64,000 nt of DNA, from assembly GCA_951406725.2 (NCBI GenBank), contig OX597832.1, positions 25,358,001 through 25,422,000 of the forward strand, written 5' to 3'. The notes beneath the pieces are model-generated. The model was given only the letters and a program-made list of their open reading frames with translations, searched no databases and was not told the origin of the DNA. The DNA is from Octopus vulgaris (lineage: Eukaryota). A program made the position numbers and the translations under genes. Shown piece by piece: positions 1-16,218 of the stretch. The number at the start of each line of letters is the position of its first letter. The first letter of the stretch is position 1.

Positions 1-173
1 TGTTTCCTAATTCTCCACAAAAAAAAAAATCCCTACCTACTTACATACCTACCTTCGCTCCATCCTCTCAAAACGCGTTTCAAAGTTCACACACAATCCC
101 TACGCAGCACCGCAACACACACCCAGCAAAACATACATACATACTTACATCTATATACATATAAATATATTTA

Positions 174-240
<67 letters not shown>

Positions 241-364
241 GTATATACATATACATACATATATATACATGGATATACATATACATACATATATACCTGT
301 ATATACATATATATGCATATATACATATATATATATATATATACATATATATATGTATATATGC

Positions 365-407
<43 letters not shown>

Positions 408-1459
408 GCATATATATATATATATATGAAACAGCGTCGGCGATGCCACCTCTACCATAACCGTATTACCATTAAAAACACTTTTTACATGGTCGTCTGC
501 TAGTTTTCCCACCTTCTCCATTTTTATATGATTTTTGAAAAATATTTTGATTTTTACAAGTTCTTTTAAAGTGGCAATTGCCTTATTATTTCACACTTTC
601 TACACGTTTGCCATTTATTTTCAACCTTTCGGCTTTTTTACTTCCAAATATTTTATTTTTATAACATTCTAATTTATTCCATCGAATTTCGAATATGTTT
701 GTTTTTCTCGCGTCTTAATTTATATGTGAATGTTTGTGTTTTGATGCGTATACAAACATATATACATATATACATATATACAAACATTGATAAGCATATA
801 TATATTTATGTACATAGAGAGACGTTCAACCTTTCACAGATACAGGTATACACACGCGTATATATATGGCGAGAGTGTTTGTACATGTGCATGGAGTTCA
901 TACATAGATATAGGTGTATATATGTACATACGCACGTACATTTACATAGAAATGCATATACGTATCTAAATATATTAGAGATAGTTGAATAGTTATATAG
1001 ATATATACATAAACAGCCTCACACTATATGAATATACACACACATTCATAAGTTATTGTAGTAAATATTGTAATGTATATTTAATTATATATGTCTATCT
1101 ATCTATATATCTATCTATCTATCTGTCTGTCTATATATATGAGTATGTATATGTCTGTGTATGCATGTATATATATATACGTGTGTGTGTATGTATGTAT
1201 GTATAAGTGCACGTGTTAGCGTATATATGGAATAATAACCATGCACACATATGTGTTAGTATGTATGTATGTATGTATGTATGTACGCATGTATGTATAC
1301 ATGTATATATTAATACGCTCGAATATATATGTGTGTGTGCGTGTGTATATCTATCTATCTACCAATCTATTTATCTACCTATCTATTTATCTATTTACAC
1401 ACACATATATATATGTGTGTGTTTATACATATGCATATGTATATTTACATATACATACA

Positions 1460-1501
<42 letters not shown>

Positions 1502-1557
1502 ATCTATCTATCTATCAATCTATCTATCTATCTATCTAATCTATCTATCTATCTATC

Positions 1558-1659
<102 letters not shown>

Positions 1660-1686
1660 GCATATATATATAAATATAAATATATG

Positions 1687-1739
<53 letters not shown>

Positions 1740-1876
1740 CAATACATATGTATGCATGCATTCACATCTCTCTCTTTTTCTCTATTCCTCTCCTCACCTC
1801 TCCTTCCCTACACCCTCTCTCTATGAATCTGCTGGTATATATATATGTATATACATATATATATATATACATATAA

Positions 1877-1927
<51 letters not shown>

Positions 1928-1952
1928 CATAAACATATATATATATATATGC

Positions 1953-1987
<35 letters not shown>

Positions 1988-2140
1988 CATATATATATAA
2001 GGTGTGTGTGTGTATCTATGTTTATGTTAGTATGCATACTTACGAACACATTAGTCTTTGCGTGTATATATGCATATAATATATATAAATATATATATAT
2101 ATATGTCTACGTATGAATAGACCTCTCTCTCTCTCTCTCT

Positions 2141-2202
<62 letters not shown>

Positions 2203-2514
2203 CATGTATATATGAATCTTTCTTGTGTTGTGTACAGTGTGTATACAACTGTGTCAGTATGTAAAATGTTTTTATGCACCTTTTTACATTTTAATCATTT
2301 CTCTACTTTTATCGTTGACGAATATTTCTGTGCAGAAATGTATTTTTGCCAGTTTTTAAAATTTTTTTTGTTAAAGCTAAATTATTTTGTATTTTGATTT
2401 CTTTAAAGTCTTAATATTTGATAACTGTTGTTCCATTGTAGCTACGTGTGTGCGTGCATACACATATATATACTTATACATATATATCTGTACATATACA
2501 TATACATATATATC

Positions 2515-2607
<93 letters not shown>

Positions 2608-2747
2608 GAGTGTGTGTATATGTGTGTGTGTGTGTATATATGTATGTATGTATGTATATGTATATAAATTTGCATGCTTGTATGTATGTATATAGAAACA
2701 CACGGAGACAATTTCATACTAATATACAAAGCAAATATACCTATATA

Positions 2748-2786
<39 letters not shown>

Positions 2787-2808
2787 ATATAATTGTAGGT
2801 ATATATAA

Positions 2809-2871
<63 letters not shown>

Positions 2872-2941
2872 TACATGCATAGCCTTACGAAGCGAGGAAC
2901 CATTTCTCGATATAGAACATGTTCTATTTCGAAACAAGACA

Positions 2942-2982
<41 letters not shown>

Positions 2983-3446
2983 ACACACATATATATATAC
3001 ACATATATATATGTGCACATATATATATATATACATATATATACATATATGTACTCATGTATATACATGTATTAGAATACATGTATTTATGTGTATACGC
3101 ATCTGCATATATATAGTTATGCCTCATAACCAGATAAAATCAGACGGACTCCAAAGAAGTCAAAAGGCAACGAATTCTTCCACACTGATGGTGACCTATT
3201 CTATAGAACCACAACGGCAGACTTCGATTAATGATACACTATTCATTGTGTTCTATGTATATTATTTCTTAAAATATAATTATCGATCTCTTTCTGCATA
3301 CGTTTCAATACAATCGTTCACACTGGAATATATTCTTTCCAGGAAACAATATACAAACATACAGACAGACTCAAGCAATATATGTGTGCATGTGAGCGTA
3401 CGTATATATATATATATATATATCTATATATATATATATATATATA

Positions 3447-3608
3447 TTGATAGTAATGGTAAGACCACAAAAGAATGAAAGAGACCTCGATATTATGTAA
3501 ATAGAGGAATTTATCTGTAAATATAATACGTGACAATTATTCGGTTGCCATGATAAAGCTCGGTGTTTTATTATGGCAACCGAATAATTGCCACATATAT
3601 TACAGATA
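3447..3608. repeat. Dispersed repeat with fold-back (family also at 17951-18140, 48639-48735, 49690-49820)
   Basis: Shared aaaagaa.gaaagagacctcgatatta.gtaaatagaggaatttatctgtaaat; inverted arms 3512-3557 / 3567-3608. Confidence 0.8.
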
Positions 3609-3683
3609 TACATACATACATACATACATACATGTATATATATATATATATACATATATATGTATATATATATATATATATGT

Positions 3684-3726
<43 letters not shown>

Positions 3727-3732
3727 ATATGT

Positions 3733-3800
<68 letters not shown>

Positions 3801-3852
3801 ATATACATATACATACACACACACTTATATATACATATATATATGTATATAT

Positions 3853-4190
3853 ATTCTTTTATTCTTTTTACTTGGCCAAGCTGGAGCACTGCGTTCAGCT
3901 GAACAAAACAACCCCGCAGGGCTTATTTATTTGTAAGCCTTTATTGGATCCTTTTGCCGAACTGCTAAATTACGAGGACGTAAACACAGCAACATCGGTT
4001 GTCAAGCGATGGTGGGGTGGAGGTGGGGTGACACTCACATACATGCCTCATTCAGTTTCCGTCTACCAGATGCACTCACCACTGTAACCCGAGGCTACAG
4101 GAGAAGACATTTGGTGCGACGTAGTGGGACTGAACCCGGAAGTATGTGATTGGGAAGCAAGCTTCATACCACACAGTCACGTCTGGGCGT
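3853..4190 (-). mobile_element. SINE family A, diverged (extra fragment at 4288-4355)
   Basis: ctggagcact...cttttgccgaactgctaa...gtgggactgaacccggaa...accacacagtcac. Confidence 0.8.
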
Positions 4191-4199
4191 ATATATATA

Positions 4200-4231
<32 letters not shown>

Positions 4232-4247
4232 GGAGTTTGTCCCCCAC

Positions 4248-4289
<42 letters not shown>

Positions 4290-5072
4290 GACTGGCTTCT
4301 TTCAGTTTCCGTTTATCAAATCCACTTACAAGGCTTTGGTCGGCCCAAGGCTATACATGAGCCTGGCTAGGCTTGAAAAGGGAGACGTTTATCGTTCTAT
4401 TATATATCGTTTAGAATATTTTACGCATAAGAGCCAGGTCGTGGTTTCAATACCTGGACCGAGTGGAGCGTTGTATTCTGAAGCGAAACAGTTCATCTCA
4501 AGTTCTTCTGCGGTCACATGATGTACCTGTTCAGACAATATCGATTTGGTCTAGAGTCTGAGCACAGCACCAACATTCGATCACTACAAACAAATCATTT
4601 ATGCCGATAGTTCAACAATAGATTGTCGAACCGTCTTTCTCGAACTTACGAGACGCTACCACCACAGACACGTCTGATCTTAACGTACGTTAAGGATACG
4701 CGTGTCTGCGGAGTGCTCAGCCACTTACACGTTAATTTCACGAGCAGGCTGTTCAATTGATCAGATCAGCTGGAACCCTCGTCGTCGTAACTGACGGAGT
4801 ACCAGTTTTAAAACCACATATAAAATGTTGTCTCTTTAATGAGCAGCATCAACCTTTACATTCGTAGTATGTATTGAGTACTACCATACAAAATGTTTCG
4901 TTTCTTTTCCATGCTTTCATAATTCCATCAATAAAAAGCCATATACATATATACATATATGTGTGCATGTATATGTGTATGTGCGTTTTATATGTATGAA
5001 TAATATATATATATATATATATATATATGCATGCATATATATATATGCATATATATATGTATGTATATGAAT

Positions 5073-5160
<88 letters not shown>

Positions 5161-5173
5161 ATTCATATACATA

Positions 5174-5204
<31 letters not shown>

Positions 5205-5547
5205 ATATACGTAGATTTATGTATATGAATACAAATATATATATATATGTATGTGTGTGTATATGTATATATATATACACATACATGGTTGTTTTGTTTG
5301 TTGCAGAATATTTTTCAATAAGGATAAGATAAATAAGAAAAGAAAAAAAATAACTGAGGAAAAAAAAAAACAGAGTTGAGAAAGATGGCGCTTGCAAACC
5401 CTTCCTAGAACCCTGAGGCATTTTTGGTAACATGTCATATGACGGCAAGATTTAATATTTCCATCGATAAAAATATGAAAAGAAAGGCAATTGATTAAAA
5501 AAAAAAAAGAACTTCATATGGCAAACGAACAAGGAAGGAAGGAAGGA

Positions 5548-5579
<32 letters not shown>

Positions 5580-5670
5580 GAGAAAGAAAGAAAAGAAGCA
5601 AGAAACTCACTGATATTTCAAAAAGAATCGGAAATTGTGTGCATGTATACATACATGTTTACATGTTTAC

Positions 5671-5702
<32 letters not shown>

Positions 5703-5949
5703 CAAACATGATATACATACATACATGCATACATACATACATACATACATACATACATACATACATACAAATGTGTATATGTGTGTGTGTGTGTATGTGT
5801 GTATACATACATAGATACATATATACATACATATATACATTAGTAGCTAATGACGTTTATATACTTAGTTATATTTATGCGAAGAATGTATTGTCTAGCT
5901 ATGTATATGACTTTAAAAGAGGTGTATATATGTACATAGTTATATATAT

Positions 5950-6016
<67 letters not shown>

Positions 6017-6522
6017 TAGATTGATAGGTAGATAAATAGATAATGTATGTATGTCTATATACCTTTCTATGTGATATTTATATATATATATATACAAAAA
6101 TACATACATGCGTATATAAATATATACATAAGCACATATATATATATATAAATATATGTGTGTGCGTGTATGTATGTATTTATGCATGTATGTATGTATG
6201 TATGTATGTATGTATGTATGTATGTATATATGTTAGTATGTCTGTATTCCTGTATGTAATATTTATTTACCATTCATGTAGAACGTTTCTAAAGAATACA
6301 AATATGGGATCAGGATTTCTTTAGGGAACTAGGAAAAGAAATCACGTGGTCTTGTATGCGTGGGTGGATATGAAGGTAATAAATGTAACTTGTGGTTGGA
6401 GGAGAAGGGTGGGGAGAGAGTTAGAGAAGGAAATGAGAGGGAGAATAACGAAAAGAAAGAAGGAGTAAAAGAAGAAGATAAAGAAGACAAAGAATATGGT
6501 GATAAAGGTTAAGAAGAACAAG

Positions 6523-6631
6523 GAAGAAGAAGAAGAAGAAGAAGAAGAAGAAGAAGAAGAAGAAGAAGAAGAAGAAGAAGAAGAAGAAGAAGAAGAAGAA
6601 GAAGAAGAAGAAGAAGAAGAAGAAGAAGAAG
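6523..6631. repeat. (GAA)n microsatellite
   Basis: Pure tract. Confidence 0.97.
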
Positions 6632-7832
6632 GAAATGTCGCTCATGTTCTTTGACTCTCTCCTGTCAGTTTAGATAGAAAATAATTATCAAACTATTTTA
6701 CTGTACGATTTCGATACCTCGGTGGGAATTGAACTTCGAACGTAAGAATAAGAGATGCAAATCCTGTAAGTTTTTGTGTCCGACGGACTAACGATTCTGC
6801 TAGTAAGCTGTCATGTCATAATGTCTTCCGATTGAGATTCAAGGCTAGAAATTTTGGAGTAATCAATACCGTCAAACCCAGATAAATATGGAGAAGCGGT
6901 GACGAGTGGCAAATCTGCAGTTATAATAATATTTATAAACTTAAAGCTTTTAAAAAAGGCATCGAACTGGCAGAATGCCTACCGGTATTTCGTCTGCCGG
7001 TATTTCGGTATTTCGTTTGAGTTCAAATTCCGATAAATTAAGGACCGATGTGTTTCAATACTGATATTCATTAAGACGCTTTTAACTCATTATTAGACAA
7101 GTTTATGATTTGATTCCTTATTCTACTTCCTGATTTCTGACTGTTAAGATGAGTTGAATCGTAAGAGCATCAAGGAAAATTCCACGCGAAATGAGGCTTT
7201 TTTTCTTCATCAATCTCTAATGAATCCGATTTTGATTTTAACATTCGCTGTTCAAATCCACACGATGGACACTTTTTCTTTTTCATCCCTCCAAGACCAA
7301 TAAAACAAAATTTTCTGCAAATAATAATAATAATAACAATCCTTTCTACTGGGGGCACAAAGCAGGTAGTCTATTCACCTAGGACTTATTTTATCGGCCC
7401 CGAAAGAATGAAAGGCCAAGTCGCCCTCAGCGAGATTTGAGCTCAGAACGTAAAGCCAGAAGGAACACTGCCATGTATTTTCTCTGGCGCGCTAACCATT
7501 CTTCTAACTCGCCAGTAATAAAAACATAATTGGTATCTTGTCCAGATAAAACCTTTAGCTTCAGTATTATCGCAGCTGAAGATTAAAGAGAATTTCCTTT
7601 TACACAGACATACAATGTGTGAGTAGGGTTGAGAGCTAGAGGAGGATATATAAATTGTATATAATATCGATTATAATCCGTATTGCTTTTCAGATCAATT
7701 TTCTTAAATATTACTGTTTTGCAGAGATATTGACGATCTCGCTTTATTTGTTAATAAGGACTAGACATGTACAGATATCGCTGACGGAACGTCTGTCGCT
7801 CAATAGTTATAACATGTATGTGTACACACACA

Positions 7833-8159
<327 letters not shown>

Positions 8160-8160
<1 letters not shown>

Positions 8161-8404
8161 TAACAATTTGATAAATAAAACATATGCATACATACATATA
8201 TGTACATACCTACATCTATATATATATATATACATGCATATATGAGTACAGGACACCACAAATAAACGTAGAACACAACGAAAAACGAAAACATAAAATC
8301 AAACAAGGAAACGGACTTTTTTAACAACGAAAAAACAGAGTACAAGACAAACAATACAAGGAATATTCCCCTTCATCAGCTGCCCCTGTTTCGACTCAAC
8401 GCGT
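8160..8404. repeat. Dispersed repeat in (AT)n tracts (copies 16215-16375, 57255-57475; relative at 15670-15840)
   Basis: Shared gagtacaggacacca...aacgtagaacacaa...aaggaaacggactttttt...cccttcatcag. Confidence 0.75.
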
Positions 8405-8981
8405 CGGACCGGGCGATGCATTGTGTTCTTGAGCAAGACACTTTATTTCCCGTTGCTCCAGTTCACTCAGTTGTAGTATTCAGCTGCAACGTCGCAGGTG
8501 CCAAGCTGTATCAGCCTTTGCCATCCCCTTGGATAACATCAGCGGCGTGGAGAGGGGAAGCTGGTATCTATGGGCGACAGCTGCTCTTCCATAAACAACT
8601 TTACCCAGACTTGTGCTTCAGAGAGGAACTTTGTAGGTGCAATCCCATGGTCATTCATGACTGAAGTGGGTCTTTACTCCTTTAGCTTTTATATCCCGGC
8701 CAGGCTGTATGTTGTGTTCTTGAACAAGACTCTTTATTTCAGTTCACACCAGATCACTCAGCTGTAGAAATGAGTTGCGACGTCACTGGTGCCAAGGTAT
8801 ATCGGCCCCTTTGTGTTTCCCTTGGATAAAATCGGCTGCGTGGAGAGCGGAGAGCTGGTATGCATGGGCCGCCGTTGCTCGTCCATAAACAACCATGTCC
8901 CTACATGTGCCTAGGAGGGGAGCTTTCTAAGTGCAATCCCATGGTTATTCATGACCGAAGGGAGTCTTTACCCTTTATCCC

Positions 8982-8982
<1 letters not shown>
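8405..8982 (+). mobile_element. Tandem dimer of a headless SINE, family E
   Basis: Two ~285-bp units, each with ttgtgttcttga.caagac.ctttatttc...ggtgccaag.t.tatc.gcc...gtgcaatcccatggt.attcatgac.gaag.g.gtcttta. Confidence 0.78.
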
Positions 8983-9035
<53 letters not shown>

Positions 9036-10450
9036 AAATTCTGTTTTTTTCAAAACCAAAACACTAACCGCTACAGAGAAGTAAATTGTTATCAAGAAAG
9101 AAGCATCGTTTAAAAAAAAAAGAAGTCATTGTCAACTGCTTATTTTCACACAACCAAAACCGACATATTTATTTATTTATCCAACACACGGCAACAAACT
9201 CCACCACTACCACGACTACCACGACCAACACCATCATCAATAACAACAACAACAAAATATCTTAGTAAGTGACATGGCAATATTGAGTAGTTTTTAATGT
9301 TATTTATTGTAAAACACGTTGAGAAGTTAAGAAATTATATAGACTATTGAATTGTATTGATTATCTCTTTAAAATCATTCTGTCATATCGATAATGCGTC
9401 CATCTTTACATGGATACATTGCTTCATTTAGTATTTGGTACAAACAAAATTGTACATAAATACTCCCGTTTTGTTAAATGACGCTATTACATTCTTCATC
9501 TCCTCCATTTTTGTTTCATTTATTTTTTTCTTTTAATTTACCTTACCGTCATGAATATAGCATAACATCTTTTTCTATAAATTTGCTGTGGTTACTGCTT
9601 TCTTTCTTTTCCTCTTTACCTATGTTTATATGTCTTCTTTCATTCCTGCCATATCAAAAAAGATAAACCAACGATATCTTTACAACTTTGTTTTCTTTAT
9701 AATTTTATCAACACAACTTCCACCCTTTATCTATCACAACTCCTACAAGATCCTCGTTATATTACATTGCATTTAACACATAATTTTCTTGTCATTTTAT
9801 CTTCCATTCTTGCTGCTATAACCACTGACGTAATGCTTAAAAACGATATCGGCAGTTTTCGTCCATCTTGCTTTTATTATGTGTATGTTTTTTCTTCTCT
9901 ATTACGCCATCGTCTGCTGCAATTTCCACTAAGTCTTTCATGACCAATATTATCATTTTTATCATGTTTTACACCACCATTATCATCCCTTGTTACTTAC
10001 TACATTGCTGTCATCACTAGACTTTAAAAAACATCATAGTTCCTTTACATTCTGTCATCATGTCACTACATAGCTGTCATTGTCCCCACAAACATATAAA
10101 TCTTTCAGTTACTTCAAATGTATCAGGCAATTCACAATAATTGTTTTTTTCTTCCTTTTTGCATCAGCGTATCTTTCTTCGTATTGCTGTTAGGGTTTAA
10201 TGTATCTTTTATGTTTTATCGTCATGCGTAGGCATGTTGAGGTGGTTAAGAAGTTTGCTTCGCAATTCTCTCTTTCTGGGTTCGTTCGCAGTTTCTATGC
10301 AGCCCCTTGTTTCGGTGTCTTTCTGCTTTCATTGCCAATCTGACCAGTGCCTATGCGATTAGAATTTCGCTTACTGGAAGTGTGCAGAAACCTGTGGTTC
10401 GACTGTGGTGGTGGTGGTGGAAGCTGCACGTGTGGTTATGTTTCCGTCAA

Positions 10451-10503
<53 letters not shown>

Positions 10504-10504
10504 C

Positions 10505-10705
10505 GGGAAGCTTTATGAAAATAAACAAAAGACGAAGGCAGGTGGAGTACAAACAAACAATTGTATTAGTATGGCGCTCAGGAATATAAATAAAATAAGT
10601 CTTTTACGTTTCGAGCCTACGCTCTTCTACAGAAAGATACACAGAAAAGAAACACGGAGAGAAACAAGGAGAGAAACAAAATGCGTGCAGAAGCTAGCGA
10701 TTCAT
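10505..10705 (-). mobile_element. Solo terminal fragment of the PLE at 61-62.9 kb
   Basis: Aligns by eye with 61006-61208 (agctttatgaaaataaacaaaagacgaaggcaggtgga...gtttcgagcctacgctcttc.acagaaagatacacag); flanked by (AT)n. Confidence 0.8.
10600..10637 (-). ncRNA. Minimal hammerhead-like motif (variant core)
   Basis: ucuuu CUGUAGA A GAGC guag GCUC GAAA CG UA aaaga; second copy of the 61103-61140 motif. Confidence 0.58.
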
Positions 10706-11025
10706 ATATATTCAATATATATATATATATACAGAGAGAGAGGGAGAGAGAAAGAAAGAGAGACAGAGAAGCAGAGAGAGAGTGATAGAGAGACAGACAG
10801 ATGAAATAGATAGATATATAAATAGATAGATAGATTGATTGATAGGTAGATAATATAAGGAAAGGCTGTGGCCATGGCGAAAGAGGTTGTATGGTGGACG
10901 AGATTGAAGGGGCTGAAGACAAACACCTTTCTCTTCGGCCAATCCCTAATCAACTTGAAAAGGAAAATAAGTGTAAAGAGGGGTAGGGTTGTCTTCTAAC
11001 CAGTTTGCTGAAAGATGGTCCCTAA

Positions 11026-11071
11026 GACGCCTAATGAAGGCTGGAGGGTATATCAGCCGAAACGTTGTGTT
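11026..11071 (+). ncRNA. Minimal hammerhead-like motif, probably inactivated (G5->A)
   Basis: gacgc CUAAUGA A GGCUG gagggtatat CAGCC GAAA CG UU gtgtt: stem I pairs (with G-U), 5-6 bp stem II, ACGU palindrome. Confidence 0.58.
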
Positions 11072-11249
11072 AACAACAAACAAGATGAGGACAAATATCC
11101 GTCGAATGTAAATAATGTAAATAATTCCTCATATCTTAAATATAGAACTACAAGAAAATATCAACAATGTGAGAACCAGAAAATGTGTATTTTTACGCAT
11201 CTGGGGGAAACTTTCAAAAATGATAAATTCCCACTCTGGGTACAATGTG

Positions 11250-11750
<501 letters not shown>

Positions 11751-12292
11751 AGTGCAAAGCACAAAAACATAAGTAGCCGAGTCTAATCATTCGACTATGA
11801 ATTCTAAAAGGCGGTGCCCCAGCATGGCCGCGGTCTAATGACTGAAGCAAATAAAAGGGAGGAAAAAAGGTAAAAGGAAAAACTACATCAGACACCCAGA
11901 CAGCCATACAGCGAGGCAGGCGTGAGTCAAGCTCTTACACTCTTAATGCATTCTACCCATAATTGCCGTCTTTTCTCCCATCCACCGCCAACTCCTGCCT
12001 TAATAACCTCTGGTCTTATGTCAGTTTATCTCAACCGGCTCTGTTCTTATACATCGGCATTCTAGCGTCTACCATCAGCCCCCACCACCACCAACAACAG
12101 CAACAATAAAAAACCACAGGAACATCACAACTGTTACTGCCACAACCACAACCACCACCGCCGCCGCCGCCACGCCTCAACTTTTAAGAATTCAACCAAT
12201 CCTAAAACGATCAATTATAAAATGCGATATTATAGAGGAATGATGATTTCGAAATCAATTGGAGAATTAGAATAGAAGAATAAAGATAGCAC

Positions 12293-12328
<36 letters not shown>

Positions 12329-12635
12329 ACACACATATACACACATACAGAGTTCTTGTACGGTATTCTCGCCGAAAGCGAGTAAACTGGATTATTTACA
12401 ATTTCTCGTCGTTTAAAAGTTTACGATCGTTTAGTGAATTAACCAGAACAGACATACGCGTCTTCGCACGCCAACACGCATGCGTATGCACACATGCTTG
12501 CATATATGCACACATGCCCGCATATATGCATTCATGTATGCATATGCATACATAAATGCATGCAAATGCACACACACAAATACGCGCACACACATTGAGA
12601 GACACAGATAAACAGAGAGGAAGGCAGATAAATAT

Positions 12636-12684
<49 letters not shown>

Positions 12685-12766
12685 CAGATAGACAGATGGA
12701 AAGATAGAGAAGCAGACAGACAGACAGACAGATAGATATAGAGAGAGAGAGAGGGAGAGAGAGAGG

Positions 12767-12799
<33 letters not shown>

Positions 12800-13386
12800 G
12801 CAGGCAGACAGGCAGATATATAGACAGTCACAGTTGGAAACAGATGAATGCGAGCAAACCAAAACTTCGAAGGCACAGTCAACCTTTATTTTTGTACACT
12901 ACAAGAGAATACAGGGCAAGAGTTCAGCTCCATGTTAAAGTGTTCTTTCATATAAACCATCGCATAAAACAAACATTCATTTATGTGTGGGGGGTGTGTG
13001 TATGTGTGTTTGTGTGCGTGCGCGCGCACGTCTGTACTGTATATATGTATGTGTATATATAATGATTTGTAATGTCCTTAACATAAACACGAATGGGGTA
13101 TATTTGCAAGCAATCGATTTGTATGCAGAAAACGGGTACGATTATAGTTTATTTCTACAAACAAATGCGTATTTCCACTTATGGCGAATATATTTCTTCG
13201 GCAATGTTATCAACTTCGCCCTTCCTATTACCTCTGGAGCACCGCCTTGAGTCGAACAAATCGAACCCATGATTTATTCTTTGTAAGCCTAGTATTTATT
13301 CTATCGGTTTCTTTTGCCGAACCGCTAAATTAGGGGAACGTAAACACACCAGCATCAGTTGTGAAGCGATAAATAGGATGGCGAAT

Positions 13387-13874
<488 letters not shown>

Positions 13875-13880
13875 GATGTA

Positions 13881-13917
<37 letters not shown>

Positions 13918-14142
13918 GTAGAGAGAGAGAGACACACCCAATACATTACAGATAGATAGGCAGATATGAATATATATGTAGATATGAATCTGTATGTAAA
14001 TGTGTGTGTTTGTGTGTGTGTATAAATGTGTGTGTGTGTGTGTGTGTGTGTATGAGTGTGTGTGTATGTGTGTGTGAAATATCAAATCAATTATACGTAA
14101 AAGAAACTGCCTAAGCATAATTGCATTTGAAATAAAACACAA

Positions 14143-14216
<74 letters not shown>

Positions 14217-14900
14217 CAATAATAAAAATCTTAACAACAACAACAGCAACATTATCAACAACAACATCATATGTTCAGCAATAACGAAAGCACTTGTAGA
14301 AGAATTTTAAAAGTGGTATGGATGAGCCTGGTGAAAGAATATAAAAAATAAAACGCAAGAATAACAGAATATTTTAAAGAATTAAAGAATTAAAGAATTA
14401 TAGAATTATATAGAATGTAGTATATTTCACTCCGTTTGTTATGTTCTTCAGAAATTACTAGTTTAAATTCAGGTGGACTCGAGAGGTATTTTATATTCCA
14501 GATGTAATTGCTAAATATGCTTTGAGAGTAAAATTGAAAATAAATATGTGTAATTTACGTGAAGTACTGTGTCTTGTTTTATACATTTCGGTGAGTATAT
14601 AAGTGTATGTGTATATGTGTAGATGTATGTATGTGTATGCGCGTGTATATCTGTGAATGTGTTGTGTATGTGTGTATGTATGTGTTTGTGTATGTATGTG
14701 TGTATCAACGTTTATCGATTACATCAAATCATTTCTATTTATGTGTGTATATATACATATATATGTATATATGTATGTATGTCTATGTACATATATATAT
14801 ATGTATATATATATATATTTATACACATACACACAAACACACGCACATGCACACATATATGAATCACGTGAAGTGTTTTCATGTATATCATATATGTACT

Positions 14901-14971
<71 letters not shown>

Positions 14972-14975
14972 GTAT

Positions 14976-15056
<81 letters not shown>

Positions 15057-15590
15057 TACGCTTTCTATCTAATTTTACCTCCCTGCCTCACTCTCTAATG
15101 CATCCTCTCTCTGTCTCCCCGTTCTTACTTCCTCTCTCTCTCTCTCTCACGCTCCCACTCTCCTTCTGTCTCACTATTAATCCTCACACGTATCATCTCA
15201 ATCTCTCTCCCCGTCACCCCCCGCAAGCGCACCGTCGCTCTATGAAGGCCATTTTCAAAATTTACCTAATGATACAACTATGGTAGGAGGAAAACAATAA
15301 ACAACAACAAAGAAACACAAAAAATCAAAAAATCATAGCGCATGTGAATTGATTTCCACCTCCTACTCCTCCTCATTCTCCACTGTCTCTCCTCTCACTC
15401 ACCCCCCATTTGTATTTTGTGTTTTGAGGGTGTTTCGTTGTTTGTTTGTTTCTTTGTGTGTGTGTTTTTTTTTCTTAATGTTTCGTTTTTAAAATGTTTT
15501 CGCTTTCAATTAATTCACTATATACTTGAAGATTGAGGCTTTAAACGTTTTATACATCTAAGAACGTTTATATAGATAGATGTATGCACC

Positions 15591-15661
<71 letters not shown>

Positions 15662-15853
15662 ATATGCATTTATGGGACGTCACCAACAGTGAACAACATG
15701 AAATACGAAAAGAAATGAGTTCAATACGCAAACAACAAGAGAAACAAATGGAAAACAGGACAAGTAACTTAAAGAATGACCCTGCTCGAAATGAGGAGTA
15801 GACAGACAACTGACGACTGATCGTGACGTTCTGTACCCATATATATATATATA

Positions 15854-15904
<51 letters not shown>

Positions 15905-15923
15905 TTGTGTATATGCAGCGTAA

Positions 15924-15988
15924 GTTTAGAAAGCAACCATTGGTTTCATGTATAGCGTGAACTAGACATCTCTTCAGTTTCTCTAAAC
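15924..15988 (-). ncRNA. Hammerhead-like motif
   Basis: Minus strand: gtttagagaaa CUGAAGA g AUGUcUAG ttcacg CUAuACAU GAAA CCA a UGG UU gctttctaaac. The distal part of stem I pairs; the two core-proximal pairs are mismatched. Confidence 0.55.
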
Positions 15989-16160
15989 AGTAATCATTCT
16001 CTGTATGTGTGTATATATATATGTATGTCAATGTGTGTGTATACATATACATATATATATATATATATATAATGACAATATAATAAATAAATAAACATAT
16101 TCATATATACATACATATATGTTACATCCTTACATTGTTGTGTTTTTTATATATACATGC

Positions 16161-16218
<58 letters not shown>

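Noticed and set aside
2893-2932. Two small hairpins (cgaggaa/tttctcg; tagaacatgttcta) in an (AT)n island
   Set aside because: Single copy, short, no recognisable motif.
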